DNA of 64,000 nucleotides from Escherichia coli (GTDB lineage Bacteria; Pseudomonadota; Gammaproteobacteria; Enterobacterales; Enterobacteriaceae): NCBI RefSeq assembly GCF_016026235.1, contig NZ_CP065613.1; one strand, 5' to 3'. Shown piece by piece: positions 58,545 to 64,000 of this stretch (position 1 is its first letter; each line of letters starts with the position of its first letter). The notes under the pieces were generated by a model. It saw only the letters and a program-made list of their open reading frames with translations, ran no database searches and was not told where the DNA came from. The position numbers and the translations under genes were made by a program.

Positions 58545-58667
58545 TTCCCTGAATGCCCGCTTAGTCGGGCATTTTCTTTTTCTCAACTTCCTGCTTTTCC
58601 TGCCGATATTTTTTCTTATCTACCTCACAAAGGTTAGCAATAACTGCTGGGAAAATTCCGAGTTAGT

Positions 58668-58697
58668 CGTTATATTGTCGCCTACATAACGTTACAT
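58668..58697. promoter_or_regulatory. ModE operator in the modA promoter
   Basis: cgttatattgtcgcctacataacgttacat, with repeated CGTTATAT/TAACGTTACAT half-sites, 14 nt upstream of the modA start. Confidence 0.65.
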
Positions 58698-58710
58698 TAA
58701 GGGGTTACCA

Positions 58711-59484
58711 ATGGCTCGTAAATGGTTGAACTTGTTTGCCGGGGCGGCACTCTCTTTCGCTGTTGCTGGCAATGCACTGGCAGATGAAGGGAAAATCACG
58801 GTGTTCGCCGCCGCATCACTGACTAACGCAATGCAGGACATTGCTACGCAGTATAAAAAAGAGAAAGGCGTGGATGTGGTTTCTTCTTTCGCTTCGTCAT
58901 CTACTCTCGCCCGTCAGATTGAAGCGGGTGCGCCTGCGGATCTGTTTATTTCTGCCGATCAGAAATGGATGGATTATGCGGTTGATAAAAAAGCGATCGA
59001 TACAGCTACGCGTCAGACACTGCTCGGCAATAGCCTGGTCGTTGTAGCACCGAAAGCCAGCGAGCAGAAAGATTTCATCATCGACAGCAAAACTAACTGG
59101 ACTTCGCTGCTGAATGGCGGTCGCCTCGCGGTTGGCGATCCGGAACATGTCCCTGCTGGCATTTATGCAAAAGAAGCACTGCAAAAACTGGGCGCATGGG
59201 ATACGCTCTCCCCGAAACTGGCTCCGGCGGAAGATGTTCGTGGCGCGCTGGCGTTGGTCGAACGCAATGAAGCGCCGTTGGGCATTGTTTACGGTTCTGA
59301 CGCAGTTGCCAGCAAAGGGGTAAAAGTGGTTGCCACCTTCCCGGAAGATTCACATAAAAAAGTGGAATATCCGGTTGCTGTTGTGGAAGGGCATAACAAT
59401 GCGACAGTGAAAGCATTTTATGATTATCTGAAGGGACCGCAGGCAGCGGAAATCTTTAAACGTTACGGATTTACAACCAAGTAA
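58711..59484 (+). CDS. modA: Molybdate ABC transporter periplasmic binding protein
   Basis: 257-aa ORF MARKWLNLFAGAALSFAVAGNALA (signal peptide) DEGKITVFAAASLTNAMQDIATQYKKEKG... Confidence 0.95.
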   Translation: MARKWLNLFAGAALSFAVAGNALADEGKITVFAAASLTNAMQDIATQYKKEKGVDVVSSFASSSTLARQIEAGAPADLFISADQKWMDYAVDKKAIDTATRQTLLGNSLVVVAPKASEQKDFIIDSKTNWTSLLNGGRLAVGDPEHVPAGIYAKEALQKLGAWDTLSPKLAPAEDVRGALALVERNEAPLGIVYGSDAVASKGVKVVATFPEDSHKKVEYPVAVVEGHNNATVKAFYDYLKGPQAAEIFKRYGFTTK

Positions 59485-60173
59485 TGATACTGACCGATCC
59501 AGAATGGCAGGCAGTTTTATTAAGCCTGAAAGTTTCTTCCCTGGCTGTGCTGTTTAGCCTGCCGTTTGGGATCTTTTTTGCCTGGTTACTGGTGCGTTGC
59601 ACGTTTCCGGGCAAAGCTCTGCTCGACAGCGTACTGCATCTACCGCTGGTGTTACCGCCCGTGGTCGTAGGTTACTTATTATTAGTTTCGATGGGACGGC
59701 GCGGATTTATCGGTGAACGTCTGTATGACTGGTTTGGCATTACCTTCGCCTTTAGCTGGCGCGGCGCGGTTCTCGCTGCCGCCGTCATGTCGTTTCCGCT
59801 GATGGTGCGGGCAATTCGTCTGGCGCTGGAAGGGGTTGATGTCAAACTGGAACAGGCCGCAAGAACACTGGGGGCCGGGCGCTGGCGCGTTTTCTTTACT
59901 ATCACGTTACCGCTGACCTTACCGGGAATTATTGTTGGTACGGTACTGGCTTTTGCTCGTTCTCTCGGTGAATTTGGCGCAACCATCACCTTTGTGTCGA
60001 ACATTCCTGGTGAAACGCGAACCATTCCTTCTGCCATGTATACCCTGATTCAGACCCCCAGCGGGGAAAGTGGCGCAGCGAGACTGTGCATTATTTCTAT
60101 TGCGCTGGCGATGATCTCCCTGTTGATTTCAGAATGGCTGGCCAGAATCAGCCGTGAACGGGCGGGGCGCTAA
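59484..60173 (+). CDS. modB: Molybdate ABC transporter permease
   Basis: 229-aa [42 protein letters not shown]... Confidence 0.95.
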   Translation: MILTDPEWQAVLLSLKVSSLAVLFSLPFGIFFAWLLVRCTFPGKALLDSVLHLPLVLPPVVVGYLLLVSMGRRGFIGERLYDWFGITFAFSWRGAVLAAAVMSFPLMVRAIRLALEGVDVKLEQAARTLGAGRWRVFFTITLPLTLPGIIVGTVLAFARSLGEFGATITFVSNIPGETRTIPSAMYTLIQTPSGESGAARLCIISIALAMISLLISEWLARISRERAGR

Positions 60174-60175
60174 TC

Positions 60176-61234
60176 ATGCTGGAACTGAATTTTTCCCAGA
60201 CGTTGGGCAACCATTGCCTGACTATTAATGAAACGCTGCCCGCCAATGGCATCACTGCTATCTTTGGCGTCTCCGGTGCCGGAAAAACTTCGCTGATTAA
60301 CGCCATCAGTGGACTGACGCGCCCGCAAAAAGGGAGGATTGTCCTCAATGGTCGGGTACTAAATGATGCCGAAAAAGGTATCTGCCTGACGCCAGAAAAG
60401 CGTCGCGTTGGCTATGTTTTTCAGGATGCGCGGCTGTTTCCGCATTACAAAGTGCGTGGCAATCTGCGCTACGGCATGGCGAAAAGCATGGTCGATCAGT
60501 TCGATAAGCTGGTGGCGCTTTTAGGCATTGAACCGTTGCTTGACCGTTTACCAGGCAGCCTGTCCGGAGGCGAAAAACAGCGCGTAGCGATTGGACGGGC
60601 TTTGCTGACGGCACCAGAATTGCTGTTGCTGGATGAACCGCTGGCGTCACTGGATATTCCGCGTAAACGCGAACTGTTGCCTTATCTGCAACGTCTGACG
60701 CGGGAAATCAACATCCCGATGTTGTATGTCAGCCATTCGCTGGATGAGATCCTCCATCTGGCAGACAGAGTGATGGTACTGGAAAACGGTCAGGTGAAAG
60801 CCTTTGGCGCGCTGGAAGAAGTCTGGGGTAGTAGCGTGATGAATCCGTGGCTGCCGAAAGAGCAACAAAGTAGCATTCTGAAAGTGACGGTACTTGAGCA
60901 TCATCCGCATTACGCGATGACTGCGCTGGCGCTGGGCGATCAGCATTTGTGGGTCAATAAGCTGGACGAACCGCTGCAAGCTGCGCTACGTATCCGCATT
61001 CAGGCTTCCGATGTTTCTCTGGTTTTACAACCGCCGCAGCAAACCAGCATTCGTAACGTATTGCGGGCAAAAGTTGTTAATAGTTATGACGACAACGGCC
61101 AGGTGGAAGTGGAGCTGGAAGTCGGCGGTAAAACGCTGTGGGCGCGTATCAGCCCGTGGGCCAGGGATGAACTGGCGATCAAACCTGGCCTGTGGCTGTA
61201 CGCGCAAATTAAAAGTGTGTCGATAACCGCCTGA
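60176..61234 (+). CDS. modC: Molybdate ABC transporter ATP-binding protein
   Basis: 352-aa ORF with Walker [13 protein letters not shown] signature LSGGEKQR and C-terminal Mop/TOBE domain. Confidence 0.95.
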   Translation: MLELNFSQTLGNHCLTINETLPANGITAIFGVSGAGKTSLINAISGLTRPQKGRIVLNGRVLNDAEKGICLTPEKRRVGYVFQDARLFPHYKVRGNLRYGMAKSMVDQFDKLVALLGIEPLLDRLPGSLSGGEKQRVAIGRALLTAPELLLLDEPLASLDIPRKRELLPYLQRLTREINIPMLYVSHSLDEILHLADRVMVLENGQVKAFGALEEVWGSSVMNPWLPKEQQSSILKVTVLEHHPHYAMTALALGDQHLWVNKLDEPLQAALRIRIQASDVSLVLQPPQQTSIRNVLRAKVVNSYDDNGQVEVELEVGGKTLWARISPWARDELAIKPGLWLYAQIKSVSITA

Positions 61235-62053
61235 TTAAATCAGGTGGCTATAAATGAACTGGGCAATGCTGTCGGTGGTGTTATCACCAATCACAATATT
61301 GGCGCGCGCTTTTACCGCGTCATCGGCGTTGCCCATCGCCACGCCTGTACCAGCGGCTTCCAGCATACTGATATCATTAAAGTTATCGCCGAATGCCACG
61401 ACGTTTTCCATCGACCAACCTTGCGCCTCAACCCATTTCGTCAAACGTTTACCTTTGCTGTTGCCGCCGCGTGCAATATCAACCTGATCGTGCCAGGACC
61501 ATTCACACTCCAGTCCCAGTTCATGTTCGACATGCTTACCAAAATGCTGCAATTGCGGCAGGTCATCGTGCGTCAGGGCGAACTTCCATACGGCGTTAAC
61601 TTGTTGCGCCGTTTCAGCCAGAGAAGCGACTTGTGTGAAAGTCGGACGCTGTTCCGGCGGCAGGGTTTGCGCCCAGTTAGATGTGCGAATGACATGCCCG
61701 GTCGGGTGCTCATAGACCATTGCATCATCGACATACATCAGACCGTGAATGTGGTGTTCATTCAGCATCTCAATGAGTTGCAGGGCTTTAATAACGGGCA
61801 TTGGGTCCGCTTCCAGCACGGTTTTTGCATGATAATCATACAAATAGGTGCCATTACAGCAAATAGCAGGTGTATCCAGCGCCAGCGCCTGATAAAAAGG
61901 ATGAATAGCGACGTGATGGCGACCTGTGACGATGATTAATTGATAGCCTGCTTCGCGAGCGCGGGCCAGGGCTTCTATCGATGATGGAAGCAAGGTCTTT
62001 TTCGGGGTCAATAAGGTGCCGTCTAAGTCGAGAGCAATCACGCGTGTGGTCAT
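61235..62053 (-). CDS. ybhA: HAD-family sugar phosphatase (Cof-like; pyridoxal phosphate phosphatase)
   Basis: Track ORF 61235..62155; start at MTTRVIALDLDGTLL (HAD motif I DLDGT), 272 aa; its stop abuts the modC stop with no spacer. Confidence 0.9.
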   Translation of the reverse strand: MTTRVIALDLDGTLLTPKKTLLPSSIEALARAREAGYQLIIVTGRHHVAIHPFYQALALDTPAICCNGTYLYDYHAKTVLEADPMPVIKALQLIEMLNEHHIHGLMYVDDAMVYEHPTGHVIRTSNWAQTLPPEQRPTFTQVASLAETAQQVNAVWKFALTHDDLPQLQHFGKHVEHELGLECEWSWHDQVDIARGGNSKGKRLTKWVEAQGWSMENVVAFGDNFNDISMLEAAGTGVAMGNADDAVKARANIVIGDNTTDSIAQFIYSHLI

Positions 62054-62207
62054 GGCGTATTCCAGATTAAGGTTAAGAATTTTCGTCTGCGCGAATGGTA
62101 CACCGATACCACTATCGGACAAAATTCTGCGTTTTAATTCAGCATTCACCGCCAAAAGCGACTAATTTTAGCTGTTACAGTCAGTTGCTAAATGCAAAGG
62201 AGCATTC

Positions 62208-62217
62208 ATGAAGCAAA
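62208..62217 (+). pseudogene. pgl: Remnant of the 6-phosphogluconolactonase gene: start codon plus about 7 nt only
   Basis: atgaagcaaa preceded by the SD-like aaggag; from my memory of the reference locus pgl starts ATGAAGCAAACAGTT (MKQTV...). Here the sequence diverges after atgaagcaaa into AT-rich prophage-type DNA and a stop follows within 8 codons. Confidence 0.55.
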
Positions 62218-62288
62218 TGCCTCTTAGGAATTAATCCTTTATAATCAATTAATTACAAGTGGCGTTTCGAAATCATTCGAAATTAATT

Positions 62289-63335
62289 CTAAATGTCTTT
62301 CCATTCCCTCCCTCGTCCGTCACGGTATTTATCCGTCATGCTGGATGAACGATGTCCAAGGAGCGCCTGAGTGAAATCACTGCCTTTTTCTGCTGAGTGC
62401 AGGCGACCGGATAAACTTCGGATTTCATGAAATGGCGGTGGGTCACCTTCCCATTTCAATCCGGATGTGTCTCGGGCAATCCTGAACTGTGCTGCGATTG
62501 TCCTGGCTGTCTTCCCTCCGAGTAACTTTTCGTTTTTACCGTTTATTTTTTTCAAGTTATCCAGTACATCGGCAAGTGTTAAATTCAATCTGGAAATCGT
62601 GGTGGGGAGAGAAATGCGAATTTTTGCCCCTGTTTTTTGTTGTTCCACGTATAGCCTGCCATCTCTTATATCCTCCCATCTCATAGCCGCCAGATCTCCT
62701 TCGCGCTGTCCTGTTACCAGTGCAAGATCCATGCAAAGGCCGAACCATTCGTTCTGGACGTCTGCTATTTTCCTGATTAACAGATACTCGTCAATTAACA
62801 GTCGACTGCGCTTCACTTCAGTTCTGAATGGCTTGGTTGCAGAAGCTGGATCTTCTTCGGCAAGACCAGAAGCTATAGCTGTTTTAAAAATGTCTGATAA
62901 AAGCGCCCTGTACTGGTTAGCAATAGCAAATTTACTCCCAGCTGCTCTGATTTCAAGAAAGCTGTACACCTCCCTTATGCCTATATTTTTAACCGGAACA
63001 CCACCAAAGTATTCACTTATGATTTTCAACCTCTGGTTGTGTCTTTTCATGGTGTTTGTGCTTAATTGTCTACGCTCTATTTCATTTCTGAAATTTAATA
63101 TCAGCTCGCAGAATAATGTTACGCTATTACCTTTTATTCTATCCAGTAAGCTTATATGTTGCGTGGATAATAATTCCATATTTGCCGCAATAGCCTCATT
63201 AACTGCAATTCTTTTGTCTCTTCCGATTCCAAACTCCCTTCCTGAACGTGGGTCACGATAACTATAATATCCACCTCGATTGTAAAGATTGGGTGGTAGA
63301 TCACGTGTGTTTGAGTTTCTTCTTCGTCCGGTCAT
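62289..63335 (-). CDS. int: Lambdoid prophage integrase (tyrosine recombinase)
   Basis: Track ORF 62289..63416; closely resembles lambda Int (RRRNSNTRDLPPNLYNRGGYYSYRDPRSGREFGIGRDKRIA... / ...VTGQREGDL... / ...FHEIRSLSGRL... / ...LLGHRSSSMTDKYRDGRGREW) with catalytic Arg, His and Tyr motifs retained; preferred start MTGRRRN at 63335 (alternative 63395). Confidence 0.85.
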   Translation of the reverse strand: MTGRRRNSNTRDLPPNLYNRGGYYSYRDPRSGREFGIGRDKRIAVNEAIAANMELLSTQHISLLDRIKGNSVTLFCELILNFRNEIERRQLSTNTMKRHNQRLKIISEYFGGVPVKNIGIREVYSFLEIRAAGSKFAIANQYRALLSDIFKTAIASGLAEEDPASATKPFRTEVKRSRLLIDEYLLIRKIADVQNEWFGLCMDLALVTGQREGDLAAMRWEDIRDGRLYVEQQKTGAKIRISLPTTISRLNLTLADVLDNLKKINGKNEKLLGGKTARTIAAQFRIARDTSGLKWEGDPPPFHEIRSLSGRLHSAEKGSDFTQALLGHRSSSMTDKYRDGRGREWKDI

Positions 63336-63525
63336 TTCTGATTCTCTGCAAAAGCCCGCCAGTCGTTTGAGGTGTAATTTTTTTTGCTGACTCATGAAAT
63401 AAATATTCACGCCCATCCTTTATCGGTGGTGGAAAAATCTTACATTCTCGCACCCAGCGGCGAACCGTTTCTGGGCTTCGTGGACGTAACTGACGGGCGT
63501 TCCATTCTTTGAGTGTCAAATACAT
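63301..63525 (-). CDS. xis: Prophage excisionase (Xis)
   Basis: 74-aa ORF MYLTLKEWNARQLRPRSPETVRRWVRECKIFPPPIKDGREYLFHESA..., near-identical at the N-terminus to lambda Xis; 3' end overlaps the int start as in lambda. Confidence 0.85.
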   Translation of the reverse strand: MYLTLKEWNARQLRPRSPETVRRWVRECKIFPPPIKDGREYLFHESAKKITPQTTGGLLQRIRNDRTKKKLKHT

Positions 63526-63629
63526 GTCATATTCCTGTAATATGACCGCCAGTAAATATACAGAATACTGGCGGGCGTGGTTGATTTTTAATAATCAGCT
63601 ATGAAGTTCTAATTTTGATATAATGCAAC

Positions 63630-63824
63630 TCACGAGGACAGAAGTTTCTCGCAATTAAAATTTATCAGTTTTACTTTCTGCTCTCTGGAAACGCCTGCTT
63701 CTTTTTTCCCTGAGAGCATTTTTTCGCATTCTGATTTCGTTAGTTTAGATTTTGAATATCTTGTCCAGCTGGTAGGAGAACCACCTTCCTTTTCAATAGT
63801 GGCTGTAATTTTATACATGAACAC
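63630..63824 (-). CDS. Hypothetical small prophage protein (b-region/early-left position)
   Basis: 64-aa ORF MFMYKITATIEKEGGSPTSWTRYSKSKLTKSECEKMLSGKKEAGVSREQKVKLINFNCEKLLSS, same strand and direction as xis/int; no recognisable domain. Confidence 0.4.
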   Translation of the reverse strand: MFMYKITATIEKEGGSPTSWTRYSKSKLTKSECEKMLSGKKEAGVSREQKVKLINFNCEKLLSS

Positions 63825-63867
63825 CTACATTAATATTTTCAAAAACCGTGTTCAAAATGCACTTGGT

Positions 63868-64000
63868 TTTACACCGGAATATTCTCATCGTATCCTGCTT
63901 GTTGCGTTTCGTTTTGTGTTTGTGGATCCGGGAATGCATATTCAACGCCTTCCAGTTCAATCCATAGTGCATTACGACCAGCTTTGATTGTCGGCCAGTC
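63868..64000 (-). CDS. 3' end of a further prophage ORF entering from beyond the window end
   Basis: Open minus-strand frame from the window edge to a stop near 63868-63870, C-terminus ...DWPTIKAGRNALWIELEGVEYAFPDPQTQNETQQAGYDENIPV; hand-translated, not in the ORF track. Confidence 0.3.

Noticed and set aside
63799-63987. 62-aa plus-strand ORF at the prophage end
   Set aside because: Antisense to the leftward-transcribed prophage ORFs, with no RBS; the minus-strand frames fit the lambda-like gene order better.
62156-64000. Search for a defence or toxin-antitoxin module in the prophage-proximal DNA
   Set aside because: Only int, xis and two small hypothetical ORFs are visible before the window ends; nothing has recognisable nuclease, methyltransferase, abortive-infection or toxin features, so no such system can be supported.

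Overview
This window is a contiguous Enterobacterial (Escherichia coli-type) chromosomal segment running kdpA/kdpF - ybfA - ybgA-phr - dtpD - ybgI-pxpBCA - nei - abrB - cryptic chaperone-usher fimbrial operon (ybgD-ybgQ-ybgP-ybgO) - gltA - sdhCDAB-sucABCD - mngR/mngAB - cydABX-ybgE - ybgC-tolQRA-tolB-pal-cpoB - a seven-gene tRNA-Lys/Val array - nadA-pnuC - zitB - ybgS - aroG - gpmA - galETKM - modF/modE - acrZ - modABC - ybhA, ending in the int-xis end of a lambdoid prophage. Gene identities come from my recognition of the translated ORFs and from gene order; no database search was run. Short motif coordinates are read by eye and may be off by a few nt, whereas CDS boundaries follow the supplied ORF track. 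Most of the window is conserved core metabolism. I found no rRNA, no CRISPR array and no convincing novel multi-gene system. The features worth a second look are lesions and junctions: (1) the galE stop codon is missing, giving one continuous GalE-GalT reading frame; (2) a complete IS1 with a perfect 9-bp target duplication sits in the sucD 3' UTR, between the body of the SdhX sRNA region and its terminator; (3) the fimbrial usher gene ybgQ is interrupted by a single in-frame TAG; (4) pgl is reduced to its first ~10 nt and abuts prophage DNA carrying xis and a catalytically intact-looking int; (5) three copies of a ~70-bp pseudo-tRNA element lie in the tRNA-Lys spacers. The absent Rhs island, the IS1 and the missing pgl resemble what I recall of E. 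coli B-lineage strains, but that is unverified memory.
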